The notes beneath the pieces were generated by a model. That model did no database searches and was not told where the DNA came from. It saw only the letters and a program-made list of their open reading frames with translations. Shown here in pieces: positions 20,268 to 30,008 of a stretch of 64,000 nt of DNA. A program made the position numbers and the translations under genes. The stretch spans positions 19,905 through 83,904 of the forward strand of contig CAYLUP010000001.1 in assembly GCA_964386905.1 (NCBI GenBank), read 5' to 3'. Each line of letters opens with the position of its first letter. Position 1 is the first letter of the stretch. The stretch is from an uncultured Candidatus Saccharibacteria bacterium. Lineage in GTDB: Bacteria > Patescibacteriota > Minisyncoccia > Phycocordibacterales > UBA6899.

Positions 20268-21116
20268 ATGAATACAATGTTGGCTGCTAATGTTGTTTCC
20301 GCATATATTGAGTCTCATCTCTTCCTTGTCTCTATTTTGTGTATTGTATTGACCGTAGAGCTTGGTATACGTATCTATACAAATCGTTTACGGTATCAGT
20401 ATCGAAAGAGGCAAGAGGTTCTCACAGATGAATCGGCTGTTGAAGACCTTACGTTTGAGTATTACAGCAAAAAACAAAGAACGATCTTTGTGCGAACGGT
20501 TGTCTTCGTACTCGCTGTTTTTCTGGGAGTATCATATTATGATGTTCGTGCGTTTAGTTTCCTTGCTGTCGCTCTTGGTGCTTTGATTATGACATTCAAA
20601 GAGACAGTCGTTTCGATGATCACGTATTTTCATATCCTTCGGAATTATAAAGTTGGCGATGACGTTAAAGTCGGAGCTGTTCGTGGCGAAATCTTGAACA
20701 TTCGTCCAACAGTAACGACTATTTTAGGGAAAGAAGAAGATAGCGAATACAATGGAAAGGTGACGACGGTTCAAAACTATCAATTTGTCATGAACCCTGT
20801 TGAGCGACAAGAGATGAAAACGCATAGTTATTTATTGACATCACTTGCTATTCCATATAATTCACGGGAGTATAAGCATGGTTTTGAATCATTCATGGGG
20901 AAGGTGAAGCATTTTCTGGATGAATTGCTTCCGTACCGTAACATGAAAAATGTGGGATACTATAGGTCATATTCAGGGTCACGGTATAAGCTCAATTATA
21001 CGTATGACGGAGACGCACGTGTGATTATACACATTTCTTTTGTTAGCAAGCCAAAGCGCATAGCTGATCGAAAAGAAAAGATTGTTCAATTTGTTGAAAC
21101 CCTCAAGAAAAAATAA
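20268..21116 (+). CDS. MscS-family mechanosensitive channel-like protein
   Basis: Three TM segments, then YKVGDDVKVGAVRGEILNI (MscS beta domain). Confidence 0.8.
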   Translation: MNTMLAANVVSAYIESHLFLVSILCIVLTVELGIRIYTNRLRYQYRKRQEVLTDESAVEDLTFEYYSKKQRTIFVRTVVFVLAVFLGVSYYDVRAFSFLAVALGALIMTFKETVVSMITYFHILRNYKVGDDVKVGAVRGEILNIRPTVTTILGKEEDSEYNGKVTTVQNYQFVMNPVERQEMKTHSYLLTSLAIPYNSREYKHGFESFMGKVKHFLDELLPYRNMKNVGYYRSYSGSRYKLNYTYDGDARVIIHISFVSKPKRIADRKEKIVQFVETLKKK

Positions 21117-21134
21117 TAACCGGACGATGTCCGG

Positions 21135-21386
21135 TTATTTTCTTCGAGATCGGGCTTTTTTCGGCTCAGGAGGAAGTGGATTCTCTTTCTCGCATTTATG
21201 ACAAGCGATAGTGTAGAGTCCCATGCCGCGCAGCGTTGGGCTCGGGTGAGGAGTAACGGTGAGGGGCTCTCTGCAGCACAGACACTTTGGCGGGGTCACC
21301 AGTGCTTCGCTGAGAGGATAGTTGTTCCCTTTATCTGATTTGCCACAAAGACCATGTTTGTGAACGAGGAATACGGGGAGATGCAT
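21135..21386 (-). CDS. Small Zn-ribbon-like hypothetical protein
   Basis: GGAGG SD; CLCC...CHKC pairs; ends at hairpin AATAACCGGAC/GTCCGGTTATT. Confidence 0.6.
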   Translation of the reverse strand: MHLPVFLVHKHGLCGKSDKGNNYPLSEALVTPPKCLCCREPLTVTPHPSPTLRGMGLYTIACHKCEKENPLPPEPKKARSRRK

Positions 21387-21485
21387 GTCACCTCCAGGGT
21401 ATATTTCTGCTTATAATCTACAGGAGATTGTGAAGAGGTCAAGTGACGGTCTGGTATTTTGTAATTGCGCTCGGGTTTGTGTTTG

Positions 21486-21645
21486 TGTGACCCCACGGGG
21501 ATCGTCCCCGGAGTTCTAAGTATTTTCTTCGCAAGCTTGAAAATACTAAGACTTCTGGACGGCGCCTCATATCGTGCAAGCACGATATATTCCGGCGCTT
21601 CGATTCCCCACGCAAGCAAAGCAGTTTGCTTGCTGTGGGGTCACA
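21486..21645. repeat. tRNA-Glu-derived structured element (direct and inverted copies of the tRNA 3' end)
   Basis: GTGACCCCACGGGGA at 21487 and 21686; inverted TTCGATTCCCC...GTGGGGTCAC at 21599-21644; three internal hairpins. Confidence 0.8.
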
Positions 21646-21646
21646 G

Positions 21647-21684
21647 AAATGAGAAAACACGCATATGCGTGTTTTCTCATTTTT
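21647..21684 (-). terminator. Terminator-like hairpin after tRNA-Glu
   Basis: AAATGAGAAAACACGC-atat-GCGTGTTTTCTCATTT perfect palindrome. Confidence 0.8.
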
Positions 21685-21758
21685 GGTGACCCCACGGGGA
21701 ATCGAACCCCGGTCTCATCCGTGAGAGGGATGTGTCCTAGCCTCTAGACGATGGGGCC
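21684..21758 (-). tRNA. tRNA-Glu(CTC)
   Basis: Cloverleaf GGCCCCA...TGGGGTC-A-CCA; anticodon arm CATCC-CT CTC AC-GGATG; TTCGATT T-loop. Confidence 0.97.
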
Positions 21759-21801
21759 TAGAGTGGAGATATAGTATCACAAAATGAGACGATGTAAAGA
21801 T

Positions 21802-22560
21802 TTATTCTTTATGCCCTTGTTTTAAAAAGCCAGTAAATGCTTGGATGGTTTCGAGTGGGAGAGTGAAGATGACAGTATTTGATTGATCCGATGAGATATC
21901 GTTGATGGATTGGAGTGTGCGTAAGTGAAGTGCACCTGGAACAGCAGAAAGTGTCTTTGCTGCCTCGGCCATATTTTGCGATGCTGCAAGCTCACCCTCA
22001 GAGGTAATAATCACTGCACGCTTTTCTCGTTCAGCTTCAGCTTGTTTCGCAATGGTACGTTCCATGTTTTCTGGCAATTTAACATCTTTGAGCTCAACGC
22101 TTGAGACTTCAATGCCCCACGTCGTTGCGACAGATTCGACAAGCTCTTCAATGCGATTCGCGACCCGGTCGCGGCTTGCGAGAAGTTCGTCGAGTGTTAC
22201 CTCTCCGACGATATTGCGCATCGTGGTTTGTGCATACTGGAGAATGGCGTATTGAAAGTGTTCGATTTCAAGAATAGCTTTATCTGCAGAGATGACTTTG
22301 TAATAGATGACCGCATTTACATTAACAGATACATTATCCTTTGTAATAGCATTTTGATCAGGGACATCGACTGCCTTTGTGCGCAAGTCAACTTTTTGAT
22401 ATGTTTGGATAACAGGAAAAACCAATCTCCATCCTGGCATCATGATAGAGTGATACTTTCCGAACATGAATTTTACGCCACGTTCGTACTGATTAATTTG
22501 GCGGATTGAGATAAGTAGTACTCCCAAGATAAAGGGGAGAAGTGTTGTAATGAGTTCCAT
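21802..22560 (-). CDS. SPFH/stomatin (band 7) protein
   Basis: YERGVKF, ITKDNV, AQTTMRNIVG, AKQAEAEREKRA and ALHLRTLQ. Confidence 0.95.
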   Translation of the reverse strand: MELITTLLPFILGVLLISIRQINQYERGVKFMFGKYHSIMMPGWRLVFPVIQTYQKVDLRTKAVDVPDQNAITKDNVSVNVNAVIYYKVISADKAILEIEHFQYAILQYAQTTMRNIVGEVTLDELLASRDRVANRIEELVESVATTWGIEVSSVELKDVKLPENMERTIAKQAEAEREKRAVIITSEGELAASQNMAEAAKTLSAVPGALHLRTLQSINDISSDQSNTVIFTLPLETIQAFTGFLKQGHKE

Positions 22561-22624
22561 ATGAGAAATAGTATACCCTTGATGGCGTTTTGCAAGTTAA
22601 GATTATTTTGTTATGCTTTCACGC

Positions 22625-22903
22625 GTGAGCAAGAAGAATATTTATACATTTATACCAGATAGTGTTTTAGATTTGCACGGATACACAGCTTCTGAAGCCA
22701 AGCCATGCGTTGATAATCTTCGTGCTCGTTATGATCGTGGAACGCGTCTGCGTATTATCGTTGGAAAGGGAACGCATAGCGTAGGACTTCCTGTTATCCC
22801 ACATGTGGTAAAAAATGCTCTTGAGCGACAAGGGATTTCTTGGACATATGCAAAAGTTCGCGATGGGGGAGAGGGGGCAATAGATTGTGTGATTATATAT
22901 TAA
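22625..22903 (+). CDS. Stand-alone Smr-domain protein
   Basis: LDLHG, IIVGKGTHS and GGEGA motifs; GTG start 7 nt after TGTTATGCT. Confidence 0.88.
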   Translation: MSKKNIYTFIPDSVLDLHGYTASEAKPCVDNLRARYDRGTRLRIIVGKGTHSVGLPVIPHVVKNALERQGISWTYAKVRDGGEGAIDCVIIY

Positions 22904-22931
22904 AACCACCCAGCACGCTGGGTGGTTTGAT

Positions 22932-24359
22932 CTATATTGTTTGCACGATAATCATACTTGTTCCCCCCGAAATACCAAACGGGACACCACAGACGAGTAC
23001 AAATTTTTCACCCTTTTTCGCGATTTTTCGTTCAACAAGAACTTTCTTGCTAAGGGTAATTGCATCTTCTACTGTTTTAACAACTTCTTTATCTAACACT
23101 GGAGTGACACCGAAAGAGATCGCGAGCTGATTGAATACTTTTTGCTTTGATGTCACTGCAAAAAGCGGGACGTGTGGCTTGTGACGTGCGAGCATGCGTC
23201 CGGTATATCCGGATGTTGTGAGTGCAACGATTGCTTTTGCACAGACTTGGTGGGCGGTGTGCGTTGCATGGAGCGTCACAGCATCGGTCGCACATGTTTC
23301 TTCTCTCGGTTCACGGTTATCCATGGCTTCACGGAAGAAGTCACTTGTTTCTGCACGCATCGCGATTGTCGCCATGGTGTCAACGACATGTACAGGATCG
23401 ATACCTACCGCAGACTCTTGAGAAAGCATCACTGCATCGGTTCCATCAAATACTGCATTTGCGACGTCTGCAACTTCTGCACGGGTTGGCACTGGTGCCT
23501 CAGTCATCGAATCTAGCATTTGTGTTGCGGTGATGATTGGTTTTCCGGCAGCACGTGCCATGCGAATCATCTTCTTCTGGAGGAGAGGTACATCTTCTTT
23601 TGGGACCTCTACGGCAAGATCGCCACGAGCAACCATGAGACCATCTACTTCTTTAAGAATACTCTCAAGGTTGTCTACTGCCGCCTGAGTTTCAATTTTT
23701 GCAAAGACTAAAGCATCAGACTTGAGTTTTGCGAGGATTGAGCGAAGGTTTTTGATGTCTTTTGCTGTTTGTACAAAGGAAAGTGCAATAATATCAACAT
23801 TTTTCTCTACACCAAATGCAACATCTTTTTTGTCTTTTGGAGTAATTGCGCCAATAGAGAGCATCGCCCCTGGAACATTGACTCCACGACGTGAACGGAT
23901 TTTCCCACCAGAAATGACTTTCGTGTGGATGTCCTCATCTTCAACTTTGAGCACTTCGAGTATAAACTTTCCATCTTCAAGCATAATAGACATGCCTGCT
24001 TCGACTTCTTTTGGGAGCATCGGATAGTTCACTGAAACGATTTTATCAGAGCCCTCTACTTTTCGTGAGGTAATAGTAAACTTCGCGCCCTTCTTAAGCT
24101 CGATACTTCCTGCAGGGAAGTCTCCGATACGAATTTTTGGCCCACAAAGGTCCTGGAGAATGGCGATAGGCTTTCCAGCGAGCGCTGCCGCTTTTCGAGC
24201 GTTATCAATACGAGAACCATGCTCTGCATGATCGCCGTGAGAGAAGTTGATACGAGCGACATTCATTCCAGAATGAATCATTTGTGCAATAATTTCTGGC
24301 TCATTTGATGCTGGGCCGAGTGTTGCAACGATTTTGGTTTGTTTTGTAGTAGATTTCAT
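22932..24359 (-). CDS. pyk: Pyruvate kinase
   Basis: TKIVATLGPAS, ARINFSHG, AKIE, MVARGDL and ATQMLDSM. Confidence 0.98.
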   Translation of the reverse strand: MKSTTKQTKIVATLGPASNEPEIIAQMIHSGMNVARINFSHGDHAEHGSRIDNARKAAALAGKPIAILQDLCGPKIRIGDFPAGSIELKKGAKFTITSRKVEGSDKIVSVNYPMLPKEVEAGMSIMLEDGKFILEVLKVEDEDIHTKVISGGKIRSRRGVNVPGAMLSIGAITPKDKKDVAFGVEKNVDIIALSFVQTAKDIKNLRSILAKLKSDALVFAKIETQAAVDNLESILKEVDGLMVARGDLAVEVPKEDVPLLQKKMIRMARAAGKPIITATQMLDSMTEAPVPTRAEVADVANAVFDGTDAVMLSQESAVGIDPVHVVDTMATIAMRAETSDFFREAMDNREPREETCATDAVTLHATHTAHQVCAKAIVALTTSGYTGRMLARHKPHVPLFAVTSKQKVFNQLAISFGVTPVLDKEVVKTVEDAITLSKKVLVERKIAKKGEKFVLVCGVPFGISGGTSMIIVQTI

Positions 24360-24475
24360 GTTTTGTACAACTTTATGAGAGCAAAAGTATATCATAGAAA
24401 ATGCATTATGGGAAGGTTATATTTGAGGACATCGTATCGCTATCCCGAATGAGGGTTCTATGGTATATTCCTCCC

Positions 24476-24928
24476 ATGATAGGCTTTGCATTTACCGATG
24501 AACAGTTTGCGACCCTGCTTAAGATGATTTATGTCGCAAATACTGTGGGGAATAGTCCAAGCGAAGGCATGGTCCTCCGAAAGGACTTTGATGAGATAGA
24601 ACAATATATTTTTTCTCGTGCAAAAGATGTTTTCCCAATGGCCGTGTATGAACACAAGGAAGGTGCTGAGAAACATCACCACCCGTCTCTTGTGTTTGAA
24701 AGTGATCCAGATGTGAATGCGTTAATGGATCAATACGAGGAGTATGTAACGAAATATGTTGTGTCTGAAAAACTAGCTGAACGGGACGTTGAAAGAGAAT
24801 TCGGCATGCACTCAAAAGACAAAATGAGCGCAGAGCAATATGAAGAACTTGTTGAAGAGCGTGCACTGGAGTATAGAAAAATATTCGACATGAAGGGGTT
24901 TCGCGCTCTCCGAATTGATGGAGAGTAA
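24476..24928 (+). CDS. Hypothetical protein
   Basis: 150-aa ORF starting 6 nt after TGGTATATT; ends at a terminator. Confidence 0.7.
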   Translation: MIGFAFTDEQFATLLKMIYVANTVGNSPSEGMVLRKDFDEIEQYIFSRAKDVFPMAVYEHKEGAEKHHHPSLVFESDPDVNALMDQYEEYVTKYVVSEKLAERDVEREFGMHSKDKMSAEQYEELVEERALEYRKIFDMKGFRALRIDGE

Positions 24929-24959
24929 AAAATACACAAGCATCCGCTTGTGTATTTTT

Positions 24960-25093
24960 TTTGTAAATGAAAAGCCCACGCTTGCGGACATGGACTTCTC
25001 GGCAGCCGTCATACTTAAAGCCCACGTCGTTTCATAAGGACCGTGAAGAACCTTATGGCGTCTGTGTGCTCGCAGCCACGAGCGACCTATGAC
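24960..25093 (-). ncRNA. Candidate stand-alone small RNA
   Basis: Extended -10 TGGTATATT at 25097-25105; several hairpins; ends at the bidirectional terminator 24927-24962; no credible ORF. Confidence 0.45.
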
Positions 25094-25152
25094 ATTAATA
25101 TACCATAGAAAAACAAAGCAGTGGAGAGCAAGTGCTCCCCACTGTGGATAAG

Positions 25153-25836
25153 TTACATGGTTTTAAAGAGAGGGCCAAGGCTCTCCCCGAGACCAAAATG
25201 GCTTTCAGCAAAGGATCGTGCGCTTTCAAAAAGTGAAGCGCTAATTGTATGTTCTTTTCCTCTGCGTAGTTTCCAGAACGAGAAACGGAGCTTCCTACCC
25301 TCAATGAAAAAGGTAAGATGATGTGTTCCTTCGACCATGAGGGTAATGAAGTCATCTCCAGTTTTAAGGACACGAAGAAGTTCTTCGTTTAGAATGTTTT
25401 GGAAGACACTGGAGGCGTGGAGGTTTGCCTCCCACTGGAAACGTTCGCTAACACGTGTGCTCCCAGTGATGCTTGTAAAGAATAGCCTCTGATCATCATA
25501 GCGATAGTGGAAATCAACAAGTTCGTTGATTTCCTTCACCATAATGGTCTTTTTTTCACGGCAGATTTCGTGCCGGAATTGAAAGAGGAGCTGAGTTTGC
25601 TGTGGTATTTTCCGATGCCGCCGATTTGAAAGGATAAGACCAACAGCTGACTTGATGCGTCCTTTGAGGGTGTCAGTGATGTCCTCGGGATACTCCGATA
25701 GTGCCGCATTGAAGGCAATGTCGAAGAGCACGTCTGGGTGCCTGTTGTCTCCCGAACTAAGTAGTTTTCGCTTACCAGCGATAGTGCGATCTGCGAGCTT
25801 TTGGAGTACTGCATCCTTGAGGAGCGGGTGGGTCAT
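25153..25836 (-). CDS. Hypothetical protein
   Basis: GGAGG SD before ATG 25836; 227 aa. Confidence 0.65.
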   Translation of the reverse strand: MTHPLLKDAVLQKLADRTIAGKRKLLSSGDNRHPDVLFDIAFNAALSEYPEDITDTLKGRIKSAVGLILSNRRHRKIPQQTQLLFQFRHEICREKKTIMVKEINELVDFHYRYDDQRLFFTSITGSTRVSERFQWEANLHASSVFQNILNEELLRVLKTGDDFITLMVEGTHHLTFFIEGRKLRFSFWKLRRGKEHTISASLFESARSFAESHFGLGESLGPLFKTM

Positions 25837-25946
25837 GTTGCCTCCATGTGAAAGAAGAACTAAGTGTATTATAACACAAAATTTACCAAGACACAAGTAG
25901 CTATAGCGCAGGGAATTCAGCGTTGATGTGTTGTATACTAAACCAT

Positions 25947-26402
25947 ATGACAATCCAAGAAACAATCAAAGAAGGCATTAAGGATGCAATGCGTGCAAAG
26001 GATACTGTTCGACTCACAACACTTCGTGGTATTTCTACCGCATTCGTAAATGAACTTGTCGCACAAAGGAAAACGCCACAGGATGCACTTGATGATGCAT
26101 CTGCGCTAGTTGTGCTAAAACGATTATCAAAACAACGCAAGGACTCCATTGATCAGTTTACGAAAGGTGGTCGCATGGATCTTGTGGAAGCAGAAACAGC
26201 TGAGTTAAAGATTCTGGAAACGTATCTCCCCAAGATGATGACACGTGAAGAAATCCTTCCTATCGTGCGTGCAAAGATTCATGAACTCGGTGTTGTGGAT
26301 AAGAGTGGGATTGGAAAAGCTGTTGGCGCAATCATGAAAGATCTTGGTGGTGCTGCAGATGGGAATGACATCAAGGCAGCTCTGGAGGAACTTCTTGCAT
26401 AA
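25947..26402 (+). CDS. GatB/YqeY domain protein
   Basis: AMRAKD...KQRKDSIDQFTKGGRMDL...ELKILETYLP. Confidence 0.93.
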   Translation: MTIQETIKEGIKDAMRAKDTVRLTTLRGISTAFVNELVAQRKTPQDALDDASALVVLKRLSKQRKDSIDQFTKGGRMDLVEAETAELKILETYLPKMMTREEILPIVRAKIHELGVVDKSGIGKAVGAIMKDLGGAADGNDIKAALEELLA

Positions 26403-26464
26403 CGTATGATATAATAAAAAGAAGGTGATTGAACATCTTCTTTTTCATTTTGTCCTTTTTGTAT

Positions 26465-27253
26465 ATGGAAGAATTTCAAGATCGAATTGATAGTATTAAG
26501 TTTACTGTTACCACATCATCAGTTGGTCCTGGTGGTGCTTTTTCTGCTGATCGTCAAAATATTATCTGTCAACAATTAGACGATATTGTTCAGATCTTTA
26601 ATACGATGCGCGAAAAATGCAAGAGTGATCGAAAGGAAATTTCTCGATTGAAGGATAAGCTTGAACACGCAGAAAGTGCATTGCGGAAAGCAGAGCAGCG
26701 TTCCATTCGGCATGGTTTTATCGATCTCTATAACTACAATGGCTTCGCGTTGGAATATCGACGGTTTCACAAGGCGCTTGATCGAGGTGACTACACTCGG
26801 GGCGTTGTTGTGTATTTTGACCTTGATGGTTTTAAAGAGATCAATGACAAACTCGGACATGATATCGCAAATGATATCTTGATTGAGCTTGGAGATTGCG
26901 TAAAGAATTCTATTCGTCCGATTGATGTTGGCGCATGTTTACACGGTGACGAGTTTGCCATTCTTTTTCCAGACACAGACGTTACTGGTGCAGCAATCGC
27001 AATGCGACGCATACAGGATATGTCAAAGCGTATTGGACAAAGCAGGCGAGATTATCAAGAACTGGTGCAGCGTTTAGGGAGGGAAGCAATAGTCTCGTTT
27101 ACTCCTGGACTCTTTGATATTACTGATAAAGAGCATGCCTTAGACGTCAAAAACGTTTTGCATTATGCGGAATCGGTGATTCCAAAATTTGCCCGCAAAA
27201 GAGAGGGAGATCCGGGATTTAAAGAAAAAGTACCTGGAGGAAGTACGGTATAA
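26465..27253 (+). CDS. Coiled-coil plus GGDEF-domain protein (variant HGDEF)
   Basis: FDLDGFKEINDKLGH and RPIDVGACLHGDEFAIL. Confidence 0.85.
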   Translation: MEEFQDRIDSIKFTVTTSSVGPGGAFSADRQNIICQQLDDIVQIFNTMREKCKSDRKEISRLKDKLEHAESALRKAEQRSIRHGFIDLYNYNGFALEYRRFHKALDRGDYTRGVVVYFDLDGFKEINDKLGHDIANDILIELGDCVKNSIRPIDVGACLHGDEFAILFPDTDVTGAAIAMRRIQDMSKRIGQSRRDYQELVQRLGREAIVSFTPGLFDITDKEHALDVKNVLHYAESVIPKFARKREGDPGFKEKVPGGSTV

Positions 27254-27305
27254 ACGGCAGAAGCCGTTTTTCTTTTCCTGGAAGGGAGTCTGGTATAATA
27301 CAAGT

Positions 27306-30005
27306 ATGGATAATATACACACGAGCTATTACAAGATGGATATTGCAGATCTAGAAGCCAAGTTGGAAACATCAGCATCTGAGGGTATTTCGACAAAAGA
27401 AGCGCTACATCGCCTTGAAATATTTGGTGAAAACGCCTTGTCTGAAGAAAAGAGAAAAACTATTATTGACAAAATTGTAGATGAGTTGCGCTCTCCGCTC
27501 ACATTCGTTCTCCTTCTTGCTGGAATCGTCACTTTATTTTTGGGTGAATATGTTGATGCAACTGTCATTTTTATTGCTTTGTCGATCAATATTGCTATTA
27601 ACTTGTATCAAGAGGGTCGTGCATCTTCTGCATTTAAGGAACTGAAAAGTGCCCAAGCAAAGACGACGCTCGTTATTCGTGGTGGATTTACACACGAGAT
27701 TCCTACTGAACAACTTGTTCCTGGAGATTGTATTATTCTTCAATCCGGATCAACTGTTCCAGCAGATGCACGTGTTGTGTCAGCCGATAATGCTGAAGTG
27801 AACGAATCTGTTCTTACGGGAGAATGGCTTCCTGTTGCAAAAACGTCCGCATTGTTGTCTGGGACACTGTCGCGCCTGGAACAGAAAAATATGTTGTACA
27901 TGGGGACGTTGGTTACGACAGGTTCTATACGCGCAATTGTGGTTGAGACAGGGGATAGGACCGTTTTTGGTGGTATCGGCATGGCTTTAAAAAAAGCAGA
28001 ATCACCACTAACACCAATTCAACAAAATATTAAGAAAGTAGCGAAGTTTCTTTCATATGTCATTGTTGTCGCTCTAAGCATTGTTCTTCTTTTGGGCATT
28101 TACCGAGGTATTCCTCTTACGGAAACTGTTCTTATCGCAATCGCAATTGCCGTTGCTGCAATCCCAGAAGGACTGCCTGCGGTTGTGTCTGTCATGCTTG
28201 CCATGAGCATGCAACGTGTTTTGAAACGTGGTGGACTAGTGAGAAATCTTGTTGCGGCGGAAACACTAGGTTCGACAACTGTAATCATGACTGACAAGAC
28301 TGGGACACTCACCGAAGGGATTATGAAGCTTGATCGTGTTGTGGCGTTTAAAAATTTAGAAGAGGACTTAGGTGCGTACAACAACGTGCGAGCACATGAA
28401 GAACATGGAGATGAACGAGATGTGCTTACATTCGCGTATCTTGCATCAAATTCTGTGGTTGAAACTTCTAAAATTCCAGGCATTGAACCAAAATTTCATG
28501 GGAAACCCGTGGATATTGCTATTGGTCGAGCAGTATATGCGTCTGGCATTTCTGTGGACGAGCTTGCAAAAGATTTTCCTCGCGTGACGTCGCAGCCGTT
28601 TATGTCTGAAATGCGAATGGCCTTTTCATTAAATGCTGTTCGCGGGCTCGAGCAAAAACGACTTTTTGTGCTTGGTGCACCTGAAGAACTTTTGTCGCGT
28701 GCAAAATCATATTATGTGTTTGGGAAGGCTGAGGCATTGACTGATGCTGCCCGGGCATCATTTTTGAAAAAGCTTGAGGAGGGGGCACGTTTAGGTATGC
28801 GAGTAGTAAGTGTGGGGTATTGCGACACGGGTACAGATACTCTTCCATCAAAAAAGGAAGAATATATACAGCAATTTTTTGAACAAGGGAATTTCGTTTT
28901 CTGCGGCCTTGTCCTTCTGCATGATCCAATTCGCTCTGACGTTCGAGCTTCTATCGCAGCGGCGCGTGGTGCGGGTGTGCGTGTGTTGATGGCGACAGGA
29001 GATAACCCAGAAACAGCACGTTCGATTGCACAGAAAGCTGGCATTGTAGAAGATGCAGAGGCGCCGTATCTTCTAGGGATTGACGTAGATTCGCTCAGTG
29101 ATGAAGACTTGTTAGAGAAGATACAAACTGTTTCTATTTACGCACGAATGCTTCCAGAACAAAAACAGCGTATTGCAACTCTACTCGGAGGAAAGGGTGA
29201 AGTTGTGGCCATGACGGGGGACGGTGTAAACGATGCGCCATCATTACGTACGGCTTCCATTGGCATTGCTCTTGGAAGTGGTACTGATGTTGCGAAGGAG
29301 GCGTCTGATCTTGTTCTTGTGGATAATAGCTTTACTGTCATTGTAAATGCTATTGAGGAGGGGAGAAGGGCAATTGATAATATTCGAAAAAGTATCGTAT
29401 ATTTGATATCTACGTCATTCTCAGAGATAGTTGTTGTTATTGTCGCGTTGGGCATGGGCCTTCCTCTTCCACTCCTCCCGACACAAATTATATGGACGAA
29501 TATGCTCACGGAAGGACTAATGAATTTTGCTTTTGCATTTGAACATAAAGAACAAGGCATAATGAAACGAGATCCGCGAGTCCATGGGTCACAGTTTATG
29601 CTTTCAAAGCAGTTCATTGGCTTTATTTTGACAGTTGGACTGCTTACAGGGATACTTCTCATGTGGTTGTTCTTGTGGATGCAAAATCTTGCTTTGTCGG
29701 AGGATGGAATGCGGACAGTAATGTTTGTTGCGCTGACACTATTTGCTACACTCATGTCATTTTCACTTCGAGATCTGCGTTCGCCAATCTGGAAAACTGT
29801 ACCATGGTCAAATGGGTATTTGCTCCTTTCAATCTTGTCTGTTGTTGGTGGCTTAAGCATCGCATTATTTGTTCCACAAGTCTCTCGTTTGCTTGCACTT
29901 GAGGCGCATGTGCTTCCACGTTTTGTCCCATACATTTTCGCACTTACGATATTGCTTTTTGTTGGTGTTGAGCTCGCAAAGAAATTTATATTAAAACATC
30001 GTTAA
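27306..30005 (+). CDS. P-type cation-transporting ATPase (type IIA, Ca2+-like)
   Basis: PEGLP, DKTGTLT, TGDN and MTGDGVNDAP; about 10 TM segments. Confidence 0.95.
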   Translation: MDNIHTSYYKMDIADLEAKLETSASEGISTKEALHRLEIFGENALSEEKRKTIIDKIVDELRSPLTFVLLLAGIVTLFLGEYVDATVIFIALSINIAINLYQEGRASSAFKELKSAQAKTTLVIRGGFTHEIPTEQLVPGDCIILQSGSTVPADARVVSADNAEVNESVLTGEWLPVAKTSALLSGTLSRLEQKNMLYMGTLVTTGSIRAIVVETGDRTVFGGIGMALKKAESPLTPIQQNIKKVAKFLSYVIVVALSIVLLLGIYRGIPLTETVLIAIAIAVAAIPEGLPAVVSVMLAMSMQRVLKRGGLVRNLVAAETLGSTTVIMTDKTGTLTEGIMKLDRVVAFKNLEEDLGAYNNVRAHEEHGDERDVLTFAYLASNSVVETSKIPGIEPKFHGKPVDIAIGRAVYASGISVDELAKDFPRVTSQPFMSEMRMAFSLNAVRGLEQKRLFVLGAPEELLSRAKSYYVFGKAEALTDAARASFLKKLEEGARLGMRVVSVGYCDTGTDTLPSKKEEYIQQFFEQGNFVFCGLVLLHDPIRSDVRASIAAARGAGVRVLMATGDNPETARSIAQKAGIVEDAEAPYLLGIDVDSLSDEDLLEKIQTVSIYARMLPEQKQRIATLLGGKGEVVAMTGDGVNDAPSLRTASIGIALGSGTDVAKEASDLVLVDNSFTVIVNAIEEGRRAIDNIRKSIVYLISTSFSEIVVVIVALGMGLPLPLLPTQIIWTNMLTEGLMNFAFAFEHKEQGIMKRDPRVHGSQFMLSKQFIGFILTVGLLTGILLMWLFLWMQNLALSEDGMRTVMFVALTLFATLMSFSLRDLRSPIWKTVPWSNGYLLLSILSVVGGLSIALFVPQVSRLLALEAHVLPRFVPYIFALTILLFVGVELAKKFILKHR

Positions 30006-30008
30006 ATT

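Noticed and set aside
9891-29935. Long antisense ORFs such as 9891..10562 and 29138..29935
   Set aside because: They lie wholly opposite well-supported genes (mreC, ATPase) and show no motifs.
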